This document shows, in pieces, positions 35,233 to 44,278 of a stretch of DNA of 64,000 bases. A program made the translations under genes and the position numbers. The notes below the pieces were generated by a model, which saw nothing but the letters and a program-made list of their open reading frames with translations, had not been told where the DNA came from and did not search any database. Position 1 is the first letter of the stretch. Every line of letters starts with the position of its first letter. Location of the stretch: the IMG/VR virus record IMGVR_UViG_3300042482_000702, positions 186,001 through 250,000 of that record, one strand, 5' to 3'.

Positions 35233-36157
35233 TAAAAAAATATTAATAATTGGTGGTAGTGGTTATATTGGTAGTTTTTTGAGAAAAAAACTACCTTATG
35301 ATTTAAGTTCTGTCGATATCGAATGGTTTGATAATAATGAGTCAATATCGGTTGATTTTGGTACTTTATCGGAATCGTTTTTATCGGAACAAGATGTTAT
35401 TATTTTGTTGGCGGGACATTCAAGTGTTAAAATGTGTCAAGGGGATTATATGAACGCGTTTAATAATAATGTTGTTAATTTTTTAAAATTAACAAATAAA
35501 ATTAAATTAATTGAAAAACGAATTAAACTAATTTACGCTAGTAGTTCTAGTGTATATGGCATGACAGGGGATTTAATTGTTGATGAAAATTATAATAGTT
35601 TCATACCTTATAATAATTATGACATAACCAAACATATAATCGATGTTTATGCGGAATTTTCAGGAGTGGAATATTATGGGTTAAGATTTGGAACGGTTAA
35701 TGGATATTCCCCGATAATGAGGAGTGACGTGATGATAAACTCAATGACATCCTCAGCGTTAAATACTAAAAAAATTCAGTTATATGTTAAAGACACATTA
35801 AGACCTATTTTGGGAATTAATGATTTAACTTCAGCAATTATTAAAATTATTGAGGAGCCAAAAGATTTGAGAGGTCATTATAATTTAGCTTCGTTTAATA
35901 GTACTTCAGAAAAAATCGCGATGGGGGTTTCAAAAATTACAGGGGCCGATATTATTGAAATGGAATCCCCAAATAAAAACCCAACAAATAAACTTGAAAG
36001 TAAAAACTATAATTTTTCAATTAATTGTGATAAATTTATTGAAAATTTTGACTTTAAATTTGAAGAAACAATTGAAAGTATTACCAAAAGTATTGTTGAT
36101 AACTTTGAAAACATTAAATTAACTATAAGAGATAAAATAATTAACTATGAATTATAA
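35198..36157 (+). CDS. NAD-dependent nucleotide-sugar epimerase/dehydratase (extended SDR); start probably ATG 35204
   Basis: ILIIGGSGYIG, YASSSSVYG, YDITK (YxxxK), LRFGTVNG. Confidence 0.9.
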   Translation: MKMDLVQQNCFNKKILIIGGSGYIGSFLRKKLPYDLSSVDIEWFDNNESISVDFGTLSESFLSEQDVIILLAGHSSVKMCQGDYMNAFNNNVVNFLKLTNKIKLIEKRIKLIYASSSSVYGMTGDLIVDENYNSFIPYNNYDITKHIIDVYAEFSGVEYYGLRFGTVNGYSPIMRSDVMINSMTSSALNTKKIQLYVKDTLRPILGINDLTSAIIKIIEEPKDLRGHYNLASFNSTSEKIAMGVSKITGADIIEMESPNKNPTNKLESKNYNFSINCDKFIENFDFKFEETIESITKSIVDNFENIKLTIRDKIINYEL

Positions 36158-37346
36158 CAAAAAAAAAGAATGTATTTGTTGTGGTAGTAACGATTTAACT
36201 GAAATTTTAAATTTAGGTGAGCAACCATTGGCGAATTCGTACCATAATAATGACAATGAAATATTACCTAATTTCCCGTTAAATCTTAATTTATGTGGTA
36301 AATGTTATCATTTACAATTATCACATATTGTAAACCCGGATTTATTATTTAGAAATTATTTATATGTTAGCGGTACTTCAAATACGTTAAGAAAGTATTT
36401 TAATTGGTTTGTTGATTTTGTAAATGAGTATTGTGAATTAAAAACCGGGTCAGTATTAGATATTGCTTGTAATGATGGGACTCAATTAGATTATTTTAAA
36501 AATAAAGGTTGGGACACATATGGTATTGACCCGTCTAAAAATTTATATGATGTAAGTTCAAAAAATCATAATATTGTTTGTGATTATTTTGATAGTAAAA
36601 ATTTTGATAGAAAATTCGATGTGATTACGGCACAAAATGTTTTTGCTCATAATGAAAACGCTAAAGAATTTTTGGATAATTGTTATACATTAATGCACGA
36701 TGATTCTTTATTGTTTATCCAAACGTCGCAATCCGAAATGGTTAATAACAATGAATTCGATACAATTTACCACGAACATATTTCATTTTTTAATATTAAT
36801 TCATTTAATGAACTGACAAAACGAACTAATCTACATTTAATTGATGTTATTAAAACACCTGTACACGGTATTAGTTATTTATTTGTGTTAAGTAAAAAAG
36901 AAAAAAATAAATTTTTAATTGATAATTTAATTTCAGTTGAAGAAGAAAAAGGATTATTATCTTATGAGACATATATTAATTACAAAAAAAATGTCTCAGA
37001 AATAGTTAATGACTTTAAAAAGTCAATCCAAAAATATCGTGATAGAGGTTATAAAATTATTGGGTATGGTGCGGCAGCCAAAGGCATGACTTTTTTAAAT
37101 TTTGCTAATGAAAAGATGGATTTTATAATTGACGATAATGAATTAAAACAAGGGTTATTCACCCCTGGGACTAACACTGAAATTAAATCGATTAATTTTT
37201 TACATGACTATAACAATGATGATTATATAGTATTCGTTCCATTGGCGTGGAATTTTTTCACCGAAATTAAAGAAAAAATTAAAAAAGTGAGAAATAATGA
37301 GAATGATGTTTATATAAAATATTTTCCAAAATTTACTGATAAATGA
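36147..37346 (+). CDS. NDP-hexose C-methyltransferase (zinc-binding, TcaB9/EryBIII-like family)
   Basis: CICCGS...LGEQPLAN...C.KC.HLQL zinc site, DIACNDG, FDTIYHEH, GYGAAAKG, LAWNF..EI. Confidence 0.88.
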   Translation: MNYNKKKECICCGSNDLTEILNLGEQPLANSYHNNDNEILPNFPLNLNLCGKCYHLQLSHIVNPDLLFRNYLYVSGTSNTLRKYFNWFVDFVNEYCELKTGSVLDIACNDGTQLDYFKNKGWDTYGIDPSKNLYDVSSKNHNIVCDYFDSKNFDRKFDVITAQNVFAHNENAKEFLDNCYTLMHDDSLLFIQTSQSEMVNNNEFDTIYHEHISFFNINSFNELTKRTNLHLIDVIKTPVHGISYLFVLSKKEKNKFLIDNLISVEEEKGLLSYETYINYKKNVSEIVNDFKKSIQKYRDRGYKIIGYGAAAKGMTFLNFANEKMDFIIDDNELKQGLFTPGTNTEIKSINFLHDYNNDDYIVFVPLAWNFFTEIKEKIKKVRNNENDVYIKYFPKFTDK

Positions 37347-38077
37347 AAACAATTATATCACATTTTTACAATGAAGAGTATCTTCTCCCTTGGTGGCTTA
37401 AACATCACAAACAATTTTTTGACCACGGAATTATGATTGATTACCATTCTACGGATAATTCAGTTAATATTATTAAAGAAATTTGTCCGACTTGGGAGAT
37501 TGTTGAAAGTAAAAATAAAGAATTTGACGCCGCTGATGTAGATGTTGAAGTTATGGAGATTGAATCAAAATTAGATGGGTGGAGAATCGTTTTAAACACA
37601 ACGGAATTTTTAATTGGTGATTTTGAAAAGTTATCCCAAATTAATAAACCTGAAGATATTATAATATCTTCTTATGTTATGGTTGATAATGTTAATGAGG
37701 AGTTTACTTATCCTAACATAAATAAATCACTCATATCTCAACGTTTAAATGGGTTTAAAGATGTTGGATTCAGGAGGGGAAGAAAATTAAGTAATTTTTA
37801 TTCTACTTATCCTTTAGGTCGACATTACAACATTATTAATACTGACAATTTTATAATTTTATGGTACGGATTTTCACCAATGAACGATTCAATAATTAAA
37901 AGAAAATTACAGATTCAAAATAAAATGCCAGAAAGTGATAAACAAAATGGCCGGGGGTACCAACATATCACAAATGAGAATAAAATTAAGAATGAGTTTA
38001 AAGATTTACAAAATAAGTCGTATGACTTAACTATTAATATTAAAAAATATGATAACAATAATATACTCAACACATAA
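37343..38077 (+). CDS. GT2-like glycosyltransferase
   Basis: HFYNEEYLLPWWL.HH...FDH..MID..STD.S. Confidence 0.75.
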   Translation: MKTIISHFYNEEYLLPWWLKHHKQFFDHGIMIDYHSTDNSVNIIKEICPTWEIVESKNKEFDAADVDVEVMEIESKLDGWRIVLNTTEFLIGDFEKLSQINKPEDIIISSYVMVDNVNEEFTYPNINKSLISQRLNGFKDVGFRRGRKLSNFYSTYPLGRHYNIINTDNFIILWYGFSPMNDSIIKRKLQIQNKMPESDKQNGRGYQHITNENKIKNEFKDLQNKSYDLTINIKKYDNNNILNT

Positions 38078-39572
38078 AAATGAAAATTATAATAACAAAT
38101 TTAGACAACATTTGTTACAAAGTTCAGGTTTAAAAGATATTCAAATATTAGAATATATTAACCACAATCAATTTAGTTTATCTGAATTATATAATAAAGG
38201 GATTTCAGAATCAATTTATGATATAATAGTTTGTTGTCACAACGATATTAAACTTGAAAATGGGTGGGGTAAAAAATTACTTAATGATTTTGATGAAAAC
38301 CCTGATTATGGTATTATAGGTAAAGCTGGTTCTTGTTATTTCCCTGAATCAGGGATTTACTGGGAAAAAATGAATCAAACAATGGTTGGACAGGTTTATC
38401 ACCACCCTGAAGGTCAGAAAAAATGGTTAAGTAATTATTCATCAAAATTACCATATTTAATACCTGTTGTAACTATTGATGGGTTATTCATATCATTTAA
38501 TAAGTTAAAGATTAACCATCAATTTGATGAGACAATTGGTAAATTTCATTTTTATGACCATTTATTTTGCGTACCAAATTATTTAGATGGTGTTAAAATT
38601 GGTGTTACCTCATCTTTTGAAATCACTCACGAATCCGTTGGTAAACCTAATATGGAATTTTATAATTCAAAAGATATGTTCATTAAAAAATGGGGTAATA
38701 AATTACCTTTGGATTTAAAACCTTTGGAGGTTCATATACCGATTATAAAAGAAAAACAATTAAAAAATATTGGTAGAGTTGCGGTAATTATACCAACAAA
38801 AGGTAAGACAGACTTATTATTTTCCTGTGTAAACTCTTTTATAAAAAATTGTAATCCCCAATTATTTGATGTGTTTATCGCCGACACTGGGTCGTCAGAT
38901 TTTGAAAAAAAAGAAATTAGAGAATTTATATTAGAAAATCAAACCAATATTAAGATAAACTTAATTGAGTACGATTATTATAATTTTGGAAAAATTAATA
39001 ATGATGTGGTTAAAAATCGTATAACCGATGAATATGAATTTTTATTATTTTGTAATAACGATATTAAAATCCTTAACAATGTTATTTACGGGATGTTAAA
39101 AAATTTTAAAGAAAATTCAAAAATTGGGACTGTTGGGTGTAGATTACATTACGAAAATAACACAATACAACATAATGGTATTGTTGCCAATTTTGATTCT
39201 GTTGGTAATTTTGGAGTAGGACATATAGAATTAAATAAATACTATTCTAAAACATATAAAGTTAATGATGTTATCGGTTCAACGGGTGGACTACTGATGA
39301 TTAAAAAAATTATGTTTGAAAAATTAGGTTATTTTAACGAAAATTATATTTCTTGTTTTGAGGATGTTGAATTAAATTTAAAATCTATTTTATTAGGTTA
39401 TCGGAATATTTGCGACACTAGTTTAGTGGCGTATCATTTTGAAAGTCAAACTCGAAATGATGACCCTGAAAATTTAAAAAAATTACAACTTGATTTTAAG
39501 AATAATTTATTTCCATTTGTTTCTAATAATATAGAGAGACTACACAAACATATTTTAATGATTAAAACATAG
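38049..39572 (+). CDS. Two-domain GT2 glycosyltransferase
   Basis: YNKGI...CCHNDI...IDGLF...FHFYD (domain 1); VIIPT...ADTGS...FCNNDI...VG.RL.Y....QH.G...EDVEL (domain 2). Confidence 0.85.
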   Translation: MITIIYSTHKNENYNNKFRQHLLQSSGLKDIQILEYINHNQFSLSELYNKGISESIYDIIVCCHNDIKLENGWGKKLLNDFDENPDYGIIGKAGSCYFPESGIYWEKMNQTMVGQVYHHPEGQKKWLSNYSSKLPYLIPVVTIDGLFISFNKLKINHQFDETIGKFHFYDHLFCVPNYLDGVKIGVTSSFEITHESVGKPNMEFYNSKDMFIKKWGNKLPLDLKPLEVHIPIIKEKQLKNIGRVAVIIPTKGKTDLLFSCVNSFIKNCNPQLFDVFIADTGSSDFEKKEIREFILENQTNIKINLIEYDYYNFGKINNDVVKNRITDEYEFLLFCNNDIKILNNVIYGMLKNFKENSKIGTVGCRLHYENNTIQHNGIVANFDSVGNFGVGHIELNKYYSKTYKVNDVIGSTGGLLMIKKIMFEKLGYFNENYISCFEDVELNLKSILLGYRNICDTSLVAYHFESQTRNDDPENLKKLQLDFKNNLFPFVSNNIERLHKHILMIKT

Positions 39573-39620
39573 ACATTTAAATTAAAAGAAGTATTCTTAT
39601 AAAATAAAAACAATTATAAA

Positions 39621-40385
39621 ATGGCTGAACAACGAAAAAAGAAACCAACAACAACTACTTCTACCCCTGAACCAACAGGTAAACCGATAAATAAAAAAGA
39701 TTTAATTGGTCAAATCATTAAGAGAAAAACTAAAGAAAAGTTTTTAACTCTAAATCAAAAAAAGTATTACGACACTTTAATTGATAGTGAAATAACAATT
39801 TGTTCCGGACCGGCAGGTGTTGGTAAAAGTTATATAACAATGAAGGCAGCTATTGATTTACTTTCAGATTCAAAAACCCCTTATGAAAAAATAATCATTG
39901 TTAGACCAGCTGTCGAAGCCGAGGAAAAATTAGGTTCATTACCAGGAAATGTTGAGGAAAAACTTGACCCGTATATTTTTCCATCTTATTACTTATTAAA
40001 TAAAATTATAGGTAAAGAATCTAGAGAAAAATTAAAAGAGATTGAAGTTATTGAAGTATTTGCTTTGGCTTTTATGCGAGGTATGAACATTGATAATTCT
40101 ATTTTAATTTTTGAAGAAGGTCAAAATGCTTCTCCAAGTCAAATGAAACTACTTTTAACAAGGATTGGATATAATAGTAAGTTTTTTATTTCTGGTGATG
40201 TAGAACAGTCAGACAAATATAAAAATAAGACTCATAGTGGTTTATGGGATGCTATTGAAAAATTTAGAGATGATGATTACGTATCAACATTTGAATTTAA
40301 AGATAAGAGCGATATTGTGAGAAATCCTTTAATTAGTAAAATATTACGTAAATACGATAACGAATCAGATGAGAATAGCAATTGA
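39621..40385 (+). CDS. phoH: PhoH-family ATPase
   Basis: GPAGVGKS, IIVRPAVE..EKLGSLPG, AFMRG, EEGQN...QMK.LLTRIG, GD..QSD, DIVRNPLI. Confidence 0.95.
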   Translation: MAEQRKKKPTTTTSTPEPTGKPINKKDLIGQIIKRKTKEKFLTLNQKKYYDTLIDSEITICSGPAGVGKSYITMKAAIDLLSDSKTPYEKIIIVRPAVEAEEKLGSLPGNVEEKLDPYIFPSYYLLNKIIGKESREKLKEIEVIEVFALAFMRGMNIDNSILIFEEGQNASPSQMKLLLTRIGYNSKFFISGDVEQSDKYKNKTHSGLWDAIEKFRDDDYVSTFEFKDKSDIVRNPLISKILRKYDNESDENSN

Positions 40386-40968
40386 AATTAATGGTGTTTT
40401 AAGAAACACTATTAATAAAATAGAACAAACATATCAAAAATATTATATTGATAAAACTGATGGTATTGAAGATGAGATATTCAGTTATGGTATGTCTTTA
40501 CCCGTAACTTCACTAACATTACAAGACCATTTCAAATTTCAAGATGATGATGAATTGTTTTCATTTTTATATGAAGAATTTCCAATGGAAATATTTGGTC
40601 ACTCACAATCGTCGGAGTATTCAACATTCACTGATTTAAACGAATTATATGTAAATTTAAGAGATAATCACGAGTTATTAATTGTGTCTGATGAAATTGG
40701 TAGGTCTAAACCAGCTTCGTTATTTTTCTTATCAAAATTTGGTTGTTTATTAGAAAAAGTAAAATTTTATAGTAATTCTACAATAAATTCTATGTGGGAG
40801 GAAATTGATGTTTTACTTACATCAAATCCTACCTTATTATTAGAACATCCTTCAGATAAAATATTAATAAAATTTGAGACGGAGTACAATAAAGAGATTA
40901 ACACAATCCATTCTATTACATCAATTAAAGAATTGGAAGATAAATTAAAAAAAATAATAGAATGTTAA
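40369..40968 (+). CDS. HAD-fold 5'-nucleotidase-like protein with altered catalytic motif
   Basis: MRIAIEINGVLRN in place of IxIDxDGVL; C-terminal YN...I..I.EL. Confidence 0.55.
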   Translation: MRIAIEINGVLRNTINKIEQTYQKYYIDKTDGIEDEIFSYGMSLPVTSLTLQDHFKFQDDDELFSFLYEEFPMEIFGHSQSSEYSTFTDLNELYVNLRDNHELLIVSDEIGRSKPASLFFLSKFGCLLEKVKFYSNSTINSMWEEIDVLLTSNPTLLLEHPSDKILIKFETEYNKEINTIHSITSIKELEDKLKKIIEC

Positions 40969-41237
40969 AAGTATTAGGTGAAAATTATTATTTGGATTTA
41001 GATAAAATTGATTCTTATGTCCAAATAGAGGAAAAAGTGTCAACATCCGGAGAAACCGAGGGTACCGCGATTAGTATTATAAAATACGAAACAATTAAAT
41101 TAATGTTAGAAATCATTATGGATGAAACCGAAGATATTGATGATAAATTAGGAATTAAAGGTGTTAGCCAATTATCAATACCTTTTAAACTAGCGTTCAA
41201 CACTTTACTATATAAAAAATTATTAAATAAATTATAA
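40962..41237 (+). CDS. Hypothetical protein
   Basis: 91-aa ORF in operon. Confidence 0.65.
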   Translation: MLKVLGENYYLDLDKIDSYVQIEEKVSTSGETEGTAISIIKYETIKLMLEIIMDETEDIDDKLGIKGVSQLSIPFKLAFNTLLYKKLLNKL

Positions 41238-41241
41238 CACA

Positions 41242-42303
41242 ATGACACAAGAACAAATTTCAAAATTAGAGAAATCTATTCAGAACATGAAAGATAAGAA
41301 ATCTAGAATTTATCTTTTAGTTCAAGACACTAAAGGTAACGCAAAAGCCTCATTATCCTATATCTATAATTTAGGAATGGCATTATTAAATGAAGGATAT
41401 AATCCAATTATGTTACACGAAAAATCTGACTACACAGGAGTTCAAAGTTGGTTAGGTCAGGAGTACATGGATTTATTGTCTCATAAACCAATTGAAGGTG
41501 AAAATTTAGAGGTTTCACCTGAAGATTTTATTATTTTACCTGAACTTTATGGGTTTGTAATGAGTCAAATTTCTAAATTACCTTGTGGTAAAATAGTTTT
41601 ATGTCAAGCATATGACCATATATTAGAAACTTTACAACCAGGCCAAACTTGGTCTCAATTAGGGTTTTTCAAATGTATAACAACATCAGAGATTCAAAAA
41701 GAATATTTAGAAAATATAATGAGAAACATCTCATTTGATATATTAAAACCATTCATTTCTGATGATTTTGTACCAAACCCATTACCGGCTAAACCAATTA
41801 TAGCAATACACGCTAGAGACCAAAGAGAGTCAACTAATATTATAAAATCTTTTTATATTAAATTCCCACAATATAGATGGGTTACATTTAGAGATATGAG
41901 AGGATTATCTGAGACTGAATTTGCTAAAGCTCTAAAAGAGTGTTTTCTTTCTGTTTGGGTTGATGAAACAAGTTCATACGGTACCTTCCCATTAGAATCT
42001 ATGAAATGTAATGTTCCTGTTTTAGGATTAGCACCTAATTTAGTTCCGGAATGGATGAATGAAGATAACGGTATTTGGATTAATAATAAAATACAAATCG
42101 TAGATTATATTTCTGACTTTTTACAAAATTGGTTAGAGGATAGCATTAACGAAAATTTAGAAGGTGAAATGTTAAAAACTGTTGGGACATTGTCAACTAA
42201 AGAAACTTTCAACTCCGAAGTAATAAACCTTTTTGAAAGATACTTGTCTGTTAGATTAGAATCGTTTGAAGAGCAATTATCTAAACTAGAAACAATAGAA
42301 TAA
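41242..42303 (+). CDS. GT-B fold glycosyltransferase-like protein
   Basis: DFIILPE, WVD..SSYGTFPLESMKC.VPV.G (GT-B E-x7-E-like region). Confidence 0.65.
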   Translation: MTQEQISKLEKSIQNMKDKKSRIYLLVQDTKGNAKASLSYIYNLGMALLNEGYNPIMLHEKSDYTGVQSWLGQEYMDLLSHKPIEGENLEVSPEDFIILPELYGFVMSQISKLPCGKIVLCQAYDHILETLQPGQTWSQLGFFKCITTSEIQKEYLENIMRNISFDILKPFISDDFVPNPLPAKPIIAIHARDQRESTNIIKSFYIKFPQYRWVTFRDMRGLSETEFAKALKECFLSVWVDETSSYGTFPLESMKCNVPVLGLAPNLVPEWMNEDNGIWINNKIQIVDYISDFLQNWLEDSINENLEGEMLKTVGTLSTKETFNSEVINLFERYLSVRLESFEEQLSKLETIE

Positions 42304-42304
42304 T

Positions 42305-43117
42305 ATGGAAGAAACTAAAACATTTGACGTATCCGTAATATTACCAATAAAATCAGGTAAAACATTAGGATTTACAGAGTATTTTGAAAAATGTGTAAAA
42401 TCATTACAAAATCAAAAAGTGGAAATAAACGAACTAATAATTGTTCATACTAACGAAAGTTATTTGGTTGATTATTTAAACGAGTTTGACTTCGGAAGTT
42501 TAACTGTTAAGAAATACGAATGGACTAAAGACCCTAACTACGCTGACCAAATAAATTACGGGGTTAGAAATTCAAATTCAGAATGGGTTTCATTATTTGA
42601 ATTTGATGATGAATATTCAAGTATTTGGTTTAAAAATGTTGACTTATATAGTGGTGTGTATCCTGATGTAAACGCGTTTTTACCAATTGTTGTTGATACA
42701 GATGAATCAGGTAAATTTGCCGGATTCACTAATGAAGCGACTTTTGCTGCCAATTTTACTGAAGAAATGGGTGTATTAACTAATGAAACATTACTTGACT
42801 ATCAGAATTTTCAAACGTCAGGTATGGTTATTAAAAAATCGTCATTCCTTGATTTTGGATTAATTAAATCATCATTTAAATTAACCTTTGGTTACGAATT
42901 CTTTTTAAGAATGACACATAACTCGGTAAAAATTATATCAATTCCTAAAATAGGTTATAAGCATACAAATTTAAGACAAGGGTCCATTTTTTGGAATTAT
43001 AAAAATGGTGAAAATGTTTTAACTGACGATGAAGTTAAGTTTTGGATTGAATCGGCAAAAAAAGAATATTTGTTTATTAATGACAGAAACATAAAATACG
43101 AACCTCAAGAAGTTTAA
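42305..43117 (+). CDS. GT2 (GT-A) glycosyltransferase
   Basis: VSVILPI, QINYGV, WVSLFEFDDEY, EFFLRM. Confidence 0.75.
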   Translation: MEETKTFDVSVILPIKSGKTLGFTEYFEKCVKSLQNQKVEINELIIVHTNESYLVDYLNEFDFGSLTVKKYEWTKDPNYADQINYGVRNSNSEWVSLFEFDDEYSSIWFKNVDLYSGVYPDVNAFLPIVVDTDESGKFAGFTNEATFAANFTEEMGVLTNETLLDYQNFQTSGMVIKKSSFLDFGLIKSSFKLTFGYEFFLRMTHNSVKIISIPKIGYKHTNLRQGSIFWNYKNGENVLTDDEVKFWIESAKKEYLFINDRNIKYEPQEV

Positions 43118-43866
43118 TGAGTGAAATAGTTAATTTAACAGGAGATACCGTTGTTGAGTTAAAAAAGAAAGGTAGAAAACCAACTCAATTAAATTATTTT
43201 GATGTTCGGGAAGAATTAGCGGTTGTTAGGTTTCTAGCAACCGAAAATTATGAAGAAAGAAATAAAATTTATAATGAGTTTTTAAAACAACCTTTAGATA
43301 AGATGATATCTTCGATTATTCGTCGATATAAATTATATAGAAAAGACATGGATTTCACCGAAATTCACGTAGATACTCATTCATTTTTAATGACCAAGAT
43401 AGAAAAATTTAAACCTTCTAGAGAAAAGAAGGCATATTCTTATTTTGGTACCATATGTAAAAATTATTTAATGGGTCAAATCATTAAAGACCAAAAAGAA
43501 ACAAATAGAAAAATTTCATACGAGGATATTTCAACCAGCATCGAAAATAATGAAATGTTTTCATATAGTATAGAAAACGATGGATTAGACCCCGAAAGAG
43601 TTATTAGACATTTTTTATTAGAGTTAGAAAAATTTATTAAAGATGGTAATCTTTCAGAAAATGAAATTAAATTAGGTCATGCGTTATACGAAATATTCGA
43701 GAATTACGATAAAATTTTTGTAGGAAACGATAATAATAAATTTAATAAAAACATTATTTTATTATCGTTACGAGAGATGACAAACTTAACAACAAAAGAA
43801 ATTAGAGGGTCTATGAAAAAATTTAAAAATATGTATTTGGTGTTAATTCAAAATATGGTTAAATAA
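43117..43866 (+). CDS. Putative late-transcription sigma factor (T4 gp55-like, sigma region 2)
   Basis: KMISSIIRRY...KIEKFKP...KAYSYFGTICKNYL resembles the gp55-type F.P....(N/K)(P/A)(F/Y)(A/S)YF..I region. Confidence 0.6.
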   Translation: MSEIVNLTGDTVVELKKKGRKPTQLNYFDVREELAVVRFLATENYEERNKIYNEFLKQPLDKMISSIIRRYKLYRKDMDFTEIHVDTHSFLMTKIEKFKPSREKKAYSYFGTICKNYLMGQIIKDQKETNRKISYEDISTSIENNEMFSYSIENDGLDPERVIRHFLLELEKFIKDGNLSENEIKLGHALYEIFENYDKIFVGNDNNKFNKNIILLSLREMTNLTTKEIRGSMKKFKNMYLVLIQNMVK

Positions 43867-43880
43867 ATTACACACTTAAA

Positions 43881-43887
43881 TATTTAT
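43881..43887 (+). promoter_or_regulatory. TATTTAT putative late promoter
   Basis: 4 nt before the ATG at 43892. Confidence 0.55.
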
Positions 43888-43891
43888 CATT

Positions 43892-44272
43892 ATGGCAAGA
43901 CCGAAAAAAAACGAAATTAATTTATCTAAAGAATCAATGTTATCATTGATGCAAGAAATCTATAATGAACTAGTAGAACAGAGAAATACCGCAATCAGAA
44001 TTCAAAATAAAATGTTGACAATGATGAAGGAACCTGAAGATATGACTATCATAGGACCTGTGATTGAGAAACAACAAAAAATAATTAATGATTGTGTTGA
44101 GAAAAAATTGACTCTTTCTAAACTCCAAGCTGGTATGTGGGAAAAATCTAATAACAATAATAGTGGTGAAAGTTTTTCTATTACTGATTTAGGTGACGAC
44201 GATGATTTATTAAAAACCTTAATTGAAAAAGACATATCCAAAAGTTCTGATTCTTATAAAATGAAAAAATAA
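43892..44272 (+). CDS. Hypothetical coiled-coil protein
   Basis: 126-aa helical ORF. Confidence 0.65.
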   Translation: MARPKKNEINLSKESMLSLMQEIYNELVEQRNTAIRIQNKMLTMMKEPEDMTIIGPVIEKQQKIINDCVEKKLTLSKLQAGMWEKSNNNNSGESFSITDLGDDDDLLKTLIEKDISKSSDSYKMKK

Positions 44273-44278
44273 TTTAAA

